The notes beneath the pieces were generated by a model. The model was not told the DNA's origin, ran no database searches, and saw nothing but the letters and a program-made list of their open reading frames with translations. Shown here piece by piece: positions 20,188-29,669 of a DNA stretch of 64,000 bases. Numbering within the stretch: the first letter of the stretch is position 1; every line of letters begins with the position of its first letter. This stretch comes from Candidatus Poribacteria bacterium (GTDB lineage: Bacteria; Poribacteria; WGA-4E; PCPOR2b), in assembly GCA_965218095.1 (NCBI GenBank), contig OZ244587.1, positions 2,528,001-2,592,000 of the forward strand, in the 5' to 3' direction. A program made the position numbers and the translations under genes.

Positions 20188-21579
20188 CTAACGGCGAAGG
20201 TCCCAAGGCCTCCCGTCTGACCACTTGAAGAGATCTCCCGTGCCACCTTCGAGCTGGATGTCGAGCACGCGCGTATCCGCTTCGCCTTCGCTCGTGCGAA
20301 GGGTCTCGACAAGTCCCGTCAGGCGGTTGAGTCGCTCAATCTGCTCGACCGTCCTGTCGAACGTGAGCCGTACCATGCGCGCGCCATCCATCTTGCTCAT
20401 GTTGAGTCCGTGTACGAGGTTGACCACCATGAAGTACTCTTCTCCCGCCTCGTCGTCGAAGAAGCCGACCAGCAGCCCCATATCCTTGCCCTGGACCACC
20501 TCCACAGCTTTGAACGCTCCGTGGCCTTCGAAGGCGCCCAGACGGAATGGCACCGCCGGATTCATCGGGTAGCCGGGCGCATCGTGGTCCCAGAGTCCAC
20601 CGTCGCCGGCGTAGGCGACCGGATCCTTCGAACGCAGGTTCAGAAGCGCGCGTGCAAGCGTTTGCACCTCGGGGGCGACGTCACGGATGGCAAACCAACT
20701 TCGGCTGATGATGGTTCTCTCGTAGTGGTGGTTGGCGGCGGGTTCGTGGCCAGGCCGCAGTACGCCCAGGTCATCCACCATGTTCGCCGCGGTCTCGGGA
20801 GGACCCTCCCCGTAACCGTAGTAGATGAAGAACTGGATGCCGGTTCCGCCGTGCGCGAGCAGCGTGAAGACCAGGAAGCGAATGTCGGCCCCGTCCGGAA
20901 GGCGAAGATCGGTAGCGGGCTCCCCCGCCGCGTGTCCAAAACTCTGAAGCCACATCCAGTAGGGCAATTTGTGTCTTTGCGCGGTTTGGCGTCCCCACAT
21001 GATGTTGTAGAGGTAGTGCTCATCCGTCGTGCCGCCACCGCGCAGGGGATAGTGGTCGAAGCTGAATATGTCGGGTTTCGTGGTTTCGATCACGATATCG
21101 TGATCGGCTTTAGCGATCGAGAACTGGACATACTGGGGGATGTCCGGATGGTTCTGCCTTAGCCACTCAGCTAGTTCTGCGATCTCCGCAAAATCTTCGG
21201 GCGTCGTGCCGCTAGGTTCGTCAGCCGTCATGATGTATGCGCAGCCGGGGATCTTAAGCGCGTTGGCGACGATCGTGACGCCGCCTCGATGCCCACCCGC
21301 CCATGAAATCCCCGCTTCGTGAGCGGCGCGGAAATAGTCGTGGGCGGCGCCGGGTTTGAGCCACACGAAGGTGTTGAGACCCGCCGCCTTGAAGCGCGCC
21401 ACGCGATCGGTCAACCGGTCCCTGGGCACGCAGTTATGCAGCGCGGCCATCATCATAGGCCGCTCCTTCTGCCACTTCGTGTACTTCTCGCTGTAGGGGT
21501 ACCACGCGCGCACGATCGGCGCAAACATGAACATCAGGACAAACCCAGCTACCATCACAAACACGAATCGCTCCTGCAT
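20188..21579 (-). CDS. Secreted hypothetical protein, possible glycoside hydrolase-like TIM barrel
   Basis: Signal peptide; ADEP, SFDHYP, PYWMWLQ, HGGTGIQFF; AGGAGG RBS. Confidence 0.65.
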   Translation of the reverse strand: MQERFVFVMVAGFVLMFMFAPIVRAWYPYSEKYTKWQKERPMMMAALHNCVPRDRLTDRVARFKAAGLNTFVWLKPGAAHDYFRAAHEAGISWAGGHRGGVTIVANALKIPGCAYIMTADEPSGTTPEDFAEIAELAEWLRQNHPDIPQYVQFSIAKADHDIVIETTKPDIFSFDHYPLRGGGTTDEHYLYNIMWGRQTAQRHKLPYWMWLQSFGHAAGEPATDLRLPDGADIRFLVFTLLAHGGTGIQFFIYYGYGEGPPETAANMVDDLGVLRPGHEPAANHHYERTIISRSWFAIRDVAPEVQTLARALLNLRSKDPVAYAGDGGLWDHDAPGYPMNPAVPFRLGAFEGHGAFKAVEVVQGKDMGLLVGFFDDEAGEEYFMVVNLVHGLNMSKMDGARMVRLTFDRTVEQIERLNRLTGLVETLRTSEGEADTRVLDIQLEGGTGDLFKWSDGRPWDLRR

Positions 21580-21888
21580 GACTGCTCCTCCTCTCTTGCG
21601 TCTACCACTGCTTGACTTCAGCCTCGACCGAGGCCGCACTTAGCCGTACCAGATCAAGTTGCTGGAAGGCGAATGGGGTCGAGGAGACATATTGACCTCC
21701 AACACTTTTCAAGTAGCAACTGAACCCAACCGACTGCTACTAATCGACATTTCACTAATTCACCTATTCTGCGGCACCATTTCGATGTCGGTGGGCTGAA
21801 CTAGATGGGTTGGCGAGCCTCCGGCCGGTACGCTCCAACCGAAAGGAGGAGCGACCATCGGCTTGCTCAAGGGGTTTCCGGATAGGCT

Positions 21889-23328
21889 CTAAGTGACCTC
21901 CGGGACAAGATCATCATGCGGTCTGCCTATGATCAACCGTTCCCCGTCGGTAAACTCTTCTGGACGATCTTTGATGACCTCAATCAGACGCTTTCGCCAT
22001 GGCGAAAGCTGATCATCGACATCCGCCTCTCCAGCAATGTCATGTAGTTCGTTCGGATCTTCGTCCAAGTTGAAAAGATGTTCACGCCCGGTCTGGCTGT
22101 ACCAGATGTATTTGAAATGACCGTTGGTCAGATAGTGCATCCCATCCTCGTAGCGGTAACAGCCGGAGTGTTCGCCGTGTAAGATTTCCCGCCGGCCGTC
22201 TTCCTCACCTCGCATCAAAGGCAGCAGGCTGCGGCCGGTAAGCGTTTCAGGGATGGGCACACCCGCGACTTCTAACAGTGTCGGCATGACGTCCTGCAGA
22301 CCCACCGGCGCGAAAGTGACGACCTCCTCCGGATAGTCCAACGTCATGGGGGCTTGAGCGAAGAAGGGCACTCGTGCGGAAGCCTCGTAGGCGAAGGTCT
22401 TGCGGAACATGTTGTGATCACCCAGCATCTCTCCATGGTCTGATGTGAACAGGACGAACGTATTGTTCATCACCCCGCGATCTCGCAGAAAATTGATGAG
22501 TCGTCCCACCTGATCATCAATGTGGTTAATCATCCCGTAGTACGCCGCACGACAGCATCGCATGGTTTGCTCATCCAAACAGAGGATCGAGGCGTTGATG
22601 TCCAGTCCTTTCTCCGGCCCCTCAAACTCAGGCGCCCAATCGCCAACCACGGGCATCGGCAGATCCTGGTCGATGTAGCGGTCATAGTAAAACTGTGGTG
22701 GCGTGAGGGGCGGGTGGGGATCGATGAACGACGCGTTAAGGAAGAAAGGAGAGGTGGGATCGCGCTTGCGGATGAAGTCTATCGCCTGCGTCACGCACCA
22801 GAAAGTATGGGTCCTGTGCTCAGGCAGATAGTGGGGACGCCCAACCCAGCCGTTGGACGAGACGCCGTGTGCCACGCCAGCGTGCGACACACCAGCCTCC
22901 AGCGGCACCGCACCTCCCTCCATGAGCCAGTCTGTGTAATCGTTGTTCTCACCACGAGTAGACTCCGCCAACTGAATGTGGTCGAAACCGTAGCGCCTGC
23001 GGGCCGGGTAGAGATGGAGTTTGCCGACCATTTCAGTTTGGTAACCAGCCTTTGAAAGTTCACCACCGAGGGTGTGTAGGGGGTTCCATTGAACCCCACC
23101 TTTGAAACCGACCATGCCGTTGGCTGCAGGTGCTTGCCCACTCATCAGAACCCGCCGCGCCGGGACGCAACTGGGGCACTCCGAATAGCCCCGCCGGAAG
23201 TGCGTGCCCGAACGCGCCAGCCAGTCCAGGTTGGGGGTCTGCAACACGGGGTGCCCTTCAATGCCGAGGCAATCGCCTCGCTGCTGATCGGTCAGGATCA
23301 AAACGATATTTGGTCGTGTATCAGCCAT
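21889..23328 (-). CDS. Formylglycine-dependent sulfatase
   Basis: PNIVLILTDQQR, CVPAR, GKLH, PHPP, SDHGE. Confidence 0.95.
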   Translation of the reverse strand: MADTRPNIVLILTDQQRGDCLGIEGHPVLQTPNLDWLARSGTHFRRGYSECPSCVPARRVLMSGQAPAANGMVGFKGGVQWNPLHTLGGELSKAGYQTEMVGKLHLYPARRRYGFDHIQLAESTRGENNDYTDWLMEGGAVPLEAGVSHAGVAHGVSSNGWVGRPHYLPEHRTHTFWCVTQAIDFIRKRDPTSPFFLNASFIDPHPPLTPPQFYYDRYIDQDLPMPVVGDWAPEFEGPEKGLDINASILCLDEQTMRCCRAAYYGMINHIDDQVGRLINFLRDRGVMNNTFVLFTSDHGEMLGDHNMFRKTFAYEASARVPFFAQAPMTLDYPEEVVTFAPVGLQDVMPTLLEVAGVPIPETLTGRSLLPLMRGEEDGRREILHGEHSGCYRYEDGMHYLTNGHFKYIWYSQTGREHLFNLDEDPNELHDIAGEADVDDQLSPWRKRLIEVIKDRPEEFTDGERLIIGRPHDDLVPEVT

Positions 23329-23413
23329 GTTTGAAACTCCTTATGCGTGAAACATAAAACGTAACGCGCTTATAAAAATTAGGCTTGTGTATTCCTTGAA
23401 TCTATAATAAAAT

Positions 23414-23478
23414 GGGGTGTTTACAAGCCCATGGGATAGTTTCCTGTTAAATCATAGGCTTGTTTTACCTTTCACTCT
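23414..23478 (+). repeat. Conserved hairpin unit, copy 1
   Basis: Similar to 24007-24070; acaagcc...ggcttgt stem followed by T-tract; TATAAT at 23403. Confidence 0.75.
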
Positions 23479-23544
23479 CAAAAATGAAGGAACACCTTAT
23501 TAACATTTCATGGCGATTCCCAAATCGCCTTTCTTTATAAGGAA

Positions 23545-23733
23545 GTGATACCCATTCAAGAAAAAAAACTCAACAAAATACAGATTGAGGAACGGCTCAT
23601 CGCTATTGAGGTTGATCTCTCATATCTCAAGAAAAAGTTTGAACCATTGCCTTATCACCAGACAGTGTTATTGACAGAGATACGGAAAGAAGTCGAAAAG
23701 ATTGTCTCAGATGTTTTTGAGAACATTCCGTAA
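23545..23733 (+). CDS. Small hypothetical protein
   Basis: 62 aa helical ORF, AAGGA upstream. Confidence 0.45.
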   Translation: MIPIQEKKLNKIQIEERLIAIEVDLSYLKKKFEPLPYHQTVLLTEIRKEVEKIVSDVFENIP

Positions 23734-23740
23734 CTGATTC

Positions 23741-23938
23741 TCAACAAGAAGTAGAATCAATATCTCCTACTTCTTGTTGAGCTCTTCGTCTAAGATTAGA
23801 CAGCATTTCGATAGTTTGGTCAGGAGTAGCACCTTCAGGCAGCTTATCCATCTCAGGCCAATATAGCTTATTGTACCTCTTCCGAGCTGCATCACTCATT
23901 TCATCATAACGAGGTTTTATATCCTCTACAGATTTCAT
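23741..23938 (-). CDS. Small hypothetical protein
   Basis: Strong AAGGAGGT RBS, ATG start. Confidence 0.6.
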   Translation of the reverse strand: MKSVEDIKPRYDEMSDAARKRYNKLYWPEMDKLPEGATPDQTIEMLSNLRRRAQQEVGDIDSTSC

Positions 23939-24006
23939 AATTCCACCTCCTTATCAACGGGGGGATGAACGAACTCGCCAAAACTTCTTTTGCTATGATA
24001 TTATTA

Positions 24007-24070
24007 GGGGTGTTACAAGCCCACGATTATCTCTCCTATTAAATCATAGGCTTGTTTTATCTTTCACTCT
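24007..24070 (+). repeat. Conserved hairpin unit, copy 2
   Basis: Similar to 23414-23478; TGcTATGAT at 23991-23999. Confidence 0.75.
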
Positions 24071-24095
24071 ACCAACTTACGATAGGAGGATTAAA

Positions 24096-24344
24096 TTGTC
24101 ACATCGTGTAGCCAAAGGGGTTTTTCGTATATGCTTTGCGTTGTTACTTATCGTAGGGCTTATTCTAAGTTCGTTGTATTGTGTGCATACAAGACTCCCT
24201 ATTCAGACATTCTTCATTGGTATAACCATCACAACGGTTATGGGTGCTGCTATTTCAGGGTTAATCTATTGGGCGTTGCTTGGATTTGTCAAAAATCCAC
24301 CTCCAAAGCCGCCCAAAGCCCCACCGAAATACCCACCGAGTTAG
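24096..24344 (+). CDS. Small two-TM membrane protein with Pro-rich tail
   Basis: AGGAGG RBS; two hydrophobic helices; PPPKPPKAPPKYPP. Confidence 0.6.
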   Translation: MSHRVAKGVFRICFALLLIVGLILSSLYCVHTRLPIQTFFIGITITTVMGAAISGLIYWALLGFVKNPPPKPPKAPPKYPPS

Positions 24345-24430
24345 TGGTTTGAACACTCCGTTTTGAATGGGTGTCCGGTCTAACCACCGGACACCCTCTC
24401 ACGTCACAACGCAGAAAGGAGGTGAGCCCT

Positions 24431-24616
24431 ATGCGTTGTTCAAACAGCAACAATGGTGTTAAAGCAATGGTAAGACAGTTGCTTTATCCCACTGAAGCTG
24501 AAAAGCAACACGCTGCAGCGTTTCAGCGTATTGCAAACCGGCATAAGCCGGAATCTGTACAACCAATGGGACAAGGTGCCGCTTCATTGCCACCTGTCAC
24601 ATTTCCTAAGCAATAA
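24431..24616 (+). CDS. Small hypothetical protein
   Basis: AAAGGAGGTGA RBS; bracketed by hairpins. Confidence 0.55.
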   Translation: MRCSNSNNGVKAMVRQLLYPTEAEKQHAAAFQRIANRHKPESVQPMGQGAASLPPVTFPKQ

Positions 24617-24742
24617 CGCTTAGGCATTTATCAGGGGGTGCTTACACAAAGCATTCCCCCGATAAATCGGGATGAAGACACCTGATGATGTTACTCATCA
24701 TCTTCATCATCATCATTGCTGATAAACAAACCTTATACCTCC

Positions 24743-25357
24743 CTAAGGTGCCCGCCATGCTACATTTCCTGCCTTATCGTAAACAAATACACCTTCAATA
24801 GATGACAAGAAAATTGCCAATTTTCCTGTTTTATCGAAGAAAGACAAACCACTTCCTTCTTCATTGGTGATTAAGTTAATCTCCGATTTTCCCATACCTT
24901 TGCCATGGAGGGACACACCATTTCTGAATTTATTGGCAGTTAATTGAGATGCCAATCCCCCCTTTTTATCGTAAACAGCCACAAAATTCTCTGATTCAGT
25001 GCCGAGTATTTGAATTGCCCTTTTCCTCACTTCATCAAAGACAGCCAAACCACTCCCTAATTCAGTGGCAGATAAACTCACCCCTGATTTTTCTTTGCCG
25101 TTGACAATTATATCATTCCTCGATTGAGAAGTGGATAATTGGATTCCCGGTTCTTTCGCTTTGCCATGGATAAGAACATGATTCTCTGATTCAGTAGCGT
25201 ATAAGCGAATTGCTGTTTTCCCTGTCTTATCAACAACTGTTAGCTTTGTACACTCAATCTCATCAAAAACTGTGACACCAACAGCGGTGAGTTGAGAATG
25301 ACTGAGCAAAACGCAACATAAGGCTACGATCAGAAACACTACCAATCTCTTATTCAT
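24743..25357 (-). CDS. Secreted beta-repeat hypothetical protein
   Basis: Signal peptide; recurring ~22 aa units (V.DK.GK.AI.L...E....). Confidence 0.65.
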   Translation of the reverse strand: MNKRLVVFLIVALCCVLLSHSQLTAVGVTVFDEIECTKLTVVDKTGKTAIRLYATESENHVLIHGKAKEPGIQLSTSQSRNDIIVNGKEKSGVSLSATELGSGLAVFDEVRKRAIQILGTESENFVAVYDKKGGLASQLTANKFRNGVSLHGKGMGKSEINLITNEEGSGLSFFDKTGKLAIFLSSIEGVFVYDKAGNVAWRAP

Positions 25358-25365
25358 GCGCTCCT

Positions 25366-25677
25366 TCAAAACATTGGCTGCCATAAGAGTTGCAAACAGC
25401 AAGAAAAAGCCCCGGCAGTGATGCCGAAAATAAGCGTAAAGTCATTCAGTCGAGTGCTTAATTGGTCATTCAACTCAGACCGGAGACGGTTTTCGGACTC
25501 TTGAATCTTTTGGGTAAGTCGCAGTTCAAGTGCCGTCATTTCCGAATGGATTATTGCATTTTCAGTCTTAACAACCTCTCGAATCTTCTGAATATCCGAG
25601 TGTGTTAATTCCGAGAACGCGGAACATGGTAATCCCAGCGATACAAGCAGTATAGCAACAACAAATAGGCGTTTCAT
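25366..25677 (-). CDS. Exported coiled-coil hypothetical protein
   Basis: Signal peptide, coiled coil, C-terminal hydrophobic stretch; GAGGA RBS. Confidence 0.6.
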   Translation of the reverse strand: MKRLFVVAILLVSLGLPCSAFSELTHSDIQKIREVVKTENAIIHSEMTALELRLTQKIQESENRLRSELNDQLSTRLNDFTLIFGITAGAFSCCLQLLWQPMF

Positions 25678-25842
25678 TGTGATTCCTCCTTTAGACGGTT
25701 CGTATGAACCGTGTTTGTGTGAAAGTCACTATCGCCTATATATTACCCAATCATTAGCAATAGACTTAAATTTGAAGAATTTAGACAAAAGTCTCGTTGA
25801 GCAATTGACCTAAGCACTAACCAACTTATTGCCCATCAATTC

Positions 25843-26070
25843 TCAGTTCGAGTATATCAGGATACGAAACAACCACGATTTGGCACGACGTGTATCTCGA
25901 AGTTGGGCGAAGCCCTGAAGCGCTTTCAAGCAGGTTGTCTGGACAAGATCTTCCGCATCCATCTCATTTTGAGTCAGCCGCAATGCGGCCGAATAGAGCG
26001 AATCTAAATGTGTTTTGATGACCTCAGAAAAACTGGCTGCATTGCGTGGCGGCGTGTGAATGGGTTTCAA
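25843..26070 (-). pseudogene. ECF sigma factor N-terminal fragment
   Basis: LYSAALRLTQNEMDAEDLVQTTCLKA...KSWLFRIL; region 4 missing. Confidence 0.8.
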
Positions 26071-26386
26071 GGCATTTTTCCCGGCAAGTGGTATTCAACA
26101 ACATTTTAAGACAAATTTGCCGGGGGATTTCTTCCCCAGCAACGGAGAAATATTATAACACACTCATCGGATCAATATCCACAATTACATCAATGCTCGT
26201 AGGTGGGGACGCTTCAGCGGATCGCAGAGTCAGTTCACGGAAATTCGTAACTGCTGACTCCGCAGCAGAAAGTACCATCGAAATTTGTTCTTGATTTTGG
26301 TGAGCGGCGCAGAAACGGGCCCCCGAATCTCAACTGATGGAAAACCGTCCACCTTGACGGTTTCGAGTTAATTAAGGAGCAAGTGA

Positions 26387-27076
26387 GTAGGTCAGGTTCT
26401 GCTGACGCTATCAGGCTGTCAACCATGCCGCAATGGTGATACAATACATGTCATGCCAAACTACCGACATGCTTATGTCCCTGGCGGGATGTTTTTCTTC
26501 ACCTTGGTGACCAACCGGCGCGCAGAGTCTCTATGTCTATGTGACGTTCCAGGCCGGCCCCTGCTAGAGAGCATTCTACGACGCTGCCAGATGTGCTGGC
26601 CTATGCTTGTCAATGCTACCATCTTGCTGCTAGATCACCTGCATACGATCTGGACCCTTCAAGCGGGTGATGCCGGCTATCCAACGCGCTGGAGATGGAT
26701 AGAGAAGGAATTCAGCAAAGAGTGGCTTTGCCTTGGGGGGCACGGAGCAGCCTGTGACGGCAGGGCGACGTCGGGAGCGGCGCCGCGGGGGGTGTGGCAG
26801 CCGCGCTTCTGGAAGCATACGATGAGAGACTTTGACGATTTTGAACAGCACTTTGATTATATCCACTACAACCCGGTGAAACACGGACTGGCGTGCTGTC
26901 CCCACGGATGGCGGTGGTCAAGCTTTCACCGTTGAGTTCGCGTCAGTGTTTACCCCTACGCGCGGGCATGCTCGTGTCGCCATCCCACAGTACCCCTGGA
27001 TTTCTGAGAAATTGAGGACACGACCGGCGAACCAATCATCCCCAAACCCCATGTTCTCAGGCACAGCTTGACCTAC
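26387..27076 (+). mobile_element. REPtron: RAYT gene flanked by inverted GTAG-type REPs
   Basis: gtaggtcaggttctgctgac (26387) and tcaggcacagcttgacctac (27057-27076). Confidence 0.75.
26453..26935 (+). pseudogene. REP-associated tyrosine transposase (RAYT), probably degenerate
   Basis: FFTLVT, DHLH, VWQPRFW, YIHYNPVKHGL, WSSFHR then TGA where W is expected. Confidence 0.85.
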
Positions 27077-27171
27077 CTGCTGCTGGCACGGTTAGGCTGC
27101 GGCGTGGCTGTGGCGGCGTTTTGGGGTTGCCCTTGTGTCATAATCCCCTGGGCGGGGAAAGCAGAAAAGTG

Positions 27172-27200
27172 TTGACAGTTTTCTCGGATTTTGCTATCCT
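27172..27200 (+). promoter_or_regulatory. Sigma-70-type promoter
   Basis: TTGACA-17 nt-TATCCT. Confidence 0.55.
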
Positions 27201-27239
27201 ATCATGTAATCTACCAGCAAACGAGTGAAGAGATAAATA

Positions 27240-28991
27240 ATGACCCTTATTGAAGCAGAAACTGAATATCTGCGCCAGAGGGCGCAAATTCCGGCGCGGG
27301 TCCGGGACCAACTCGACCAGATGTTTAAGGCGGGAGAGAGCCGCATTCCTCGGCGGGCGGTCGCTCTGGCATCGGAAATCGAGCGCCTTCGGTCGGCGGG
27401 CAAGCTCGGTGATGGCACCGATGGGGTGTTTAGCCACTGGTTCGACGAGCTCGTGGCAGGTCGACTCACCGAGACGCAGGCGCGGGCGATTCCGGGTCAG
27501 TTGGTGGCTGCCAGAGACCGGATTATATCCGCACTCACAGAGATAGAGCGAGGACCGGAGATTGATAAGGACAACCTTTACGACCTGCTTGCCTTCGTCT
27601 TCAAATCGAGCGACATTGAAGGGGTCGCGCGACTCGTTATTCGAGTGTATCAGCTTGGACTCAGGGTCGACATAGATCAGATCCAGACGTTTCTGACGCC
27701 TTTTCTCCATCATAACTCGATCGGCGAGATCGTGCGCCGTTTGGATAGGCTTGGACGGTGGATGACGCAGTTTGAAGGTCGGAACTATGAGGGCGTGATG
27801 TTCACCCCGGTGGTAACTCGTTACTTGGCAGAACACCCAGACTTTGAGGCAACCTTGGCAGAGTTTGACCGGCTCCGGGCGGAAACGTTGAGGGGACGGT
27901 TCCTGCTCGACAACGAACTTCAGAGAGATCTGGAATTCCTCCGGTTTGCTCACTTGAGTGCAAACCTCAATGGAGGACAAAGGGGAAGCGACGAGCAGTA
28001 CGCCGCTTTCAAGGCACTGCCGGTGCTGCCGCCACCTTGCCAAGAGACGGTCGAACTGAGCGAGGAGCATCTCGCCCAAGCGAGGCGTTACGGATACCAG
28101 GCTGCGTGCTTCCTGCAGTTCCTCAGGCATTTCAAGGACAAAACCTCACGGTCAATCGTGGTAGTCGGGAATGACCGCTATGGGAGGCAGTGGGTCGTTG
28201 AGCCGCTCCAGGACTATCTGAAAGATGATTTTACGCTCCGATACGACCGCGTTAGATCTCACGCATCGTTCAGGCTCAGAGTTCCCCACGAAGTAGATAA
28301 TAAGGCGCGGGCAGGTTTTCCCCAAGATTTTGCCAGAGAGCTGAGCGAGGAGATGCCGCACGTCGTCATCGTTGACGCTCGTAATCCAGTTAGAGGACCC
28401 GGCATGATGAAGATGTCGCGAGGTGCACGCGACTACGTGAACTGGTTCATGGTCTTCAACGACATCCGGGCAGAGGGCGATGTCTCCAAGTATGAGCATG
28501 AAGGCGCGGTGCCCCACCTATCGGAGCTAAGAAAGTGGTACGAATTCGACGTCGTGAGGCGATTGATAAAGCCGTGGGTGAAGCCTGGTCCAACGTACAA
28601 GATTACCCACTGGGCGCCGGAGTTGAAGGAGTACGTGATGCTCGGAGATTTCGCCATGCGGGCAGAATTCCCCGATCCGACGGACGATAAACCGCAGGTC
28701 GTTATATCGAACGCCGACATCTACAGGACCGAGGGTGATGACATCTACGAGACGCTTCGGGGAACGCACCCATACTACTTTGATGGGCCAGAGAAGTATG
28801 TGAAGGAGGCGGTGGAATTCGGGTTTGGGGAGTATGGATTGGAAACCCGCGTGAAGGGGCCTACGACCGATGAGTTCGTTGCGATGGTGCAGAAGGAGAT
28901 TACTGCCGAAGTTGGGAGGTTATTGCAAAGCAACGCGGTGCCAGTGGATGGGGTGATAGAGAGGCTAGAGTCACGAGATGCACAGAAATGA
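27240..28991 (+). CDS. Hypothetical protein, 583 aa
   Basis: Long ORF with protein-like composition and own promoter; no family recognised. Confidence 0.75.
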   Translation: MTLIEAETEYLRQRAQIPARVRDQLDQMFKAGESRIPRRAVALASEIERLRSAGKLGDGTDGVFSHWFDELVAGRLTETQARAIPGQLVAARDRIISALTEIERGPEIDKDNLYDLLAFVFKSSDIEGVARLVIRVYQLGLRVDIDQIQTFLTPFLHHNSIGEIVRRLDRLGRWMTQFEGRNYEGVMFTPVVTRYLAEHPDFEATLAEFDRLRAETLRGRFLLDNELQRDLEFLRFAHLSANLNGGQRGSDEQYAAFKALPVLPPPCQETVELSEEHLAQARRYGYQAACFLQFLRHFKDKTSRSIVVVGNDRYGRQWVVEPLQDYLKDDFTLRYDRVRSHASFRLRVPHEVDNKARAGFPQDFARELSEEMPHVVIVDARNPVRGPGMMKMSRGARDYVNWFMVFNDIRAEGDVSKYEHEGAVPHLSELRKWYEFDVVRRLIKPWVKPGPTYKITHWAPELKEYVMLGDFAMRAEFPDPTDDKPQVVISNADIYRTEGDDIYETLRGTHPYYFDGPEKYVKEAVEFGFGEYGLETRVKGPTTDEFVAMVQKEITAEVGRLLQSNAVPVDGVIERLESRDAQK

Positions 28992-29669
28992 AACGAAGAT
29001 GAGTCATCGGGAACAAGTCCAAGCCGCCCGCCATATACCGTTGCCGCTATTGAACATCGCTGCCATGATTATCACAGCCTTTTATGCAAAGTGCGAAACC
29101 CATGCTCTCGATTGGCTCCCCATCGCAGCTTGAGACCGTATGTAAAACTCTCGTTGAAAATAATAATAAATCTGGTTATAATAGAGATAATTAAAGTTTG
29201 AACAAGTGTGCTAAAGTGTCTAAAGTTAAGAGGTCGCGTTGTACACTTGCCCGTTATCTCCCGATCTCACTTCCGGTTATACCCTTTTCGGCGCGTCGGA
29301 CACCTGTCCGACAATGACACGGTCAAAGGCACGTCAATTCGCCGACGGAAATCAAGTTGAATTTCGTGCGAATTTAACCGATTAGCAAGACACGCACAAA
29401 ATGGCTGCAACCCGACCATTGTTCGCCCTGCTCTCTGTGAAATTGTCCAAACTTTAGTAGAGATAAAGCTAAGCTATTATTCCAAATTGTAGCGAAAAAG
29501 TCAGCCCGGCGTTGTTCACGCTGATGTTGAGGTGGCCATACCGCTCGACTGTCGCCGCCACGGCGTTGAGAAACTGCTGTTCTTCGCAGGCGTCGAGCCT
29601 GACGGAAAACGCGTAAATGATAGCGCGTCGTCATATACATTCAACTTATCAACCCTAGGAGACCTACTT

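Noticed and set aside
26933-26935. TGA in RAYT as selenocysteine
   Set aside because: The position corresponds to Trp in the SSFHRW motif, so TGG>TGA decay is simpler
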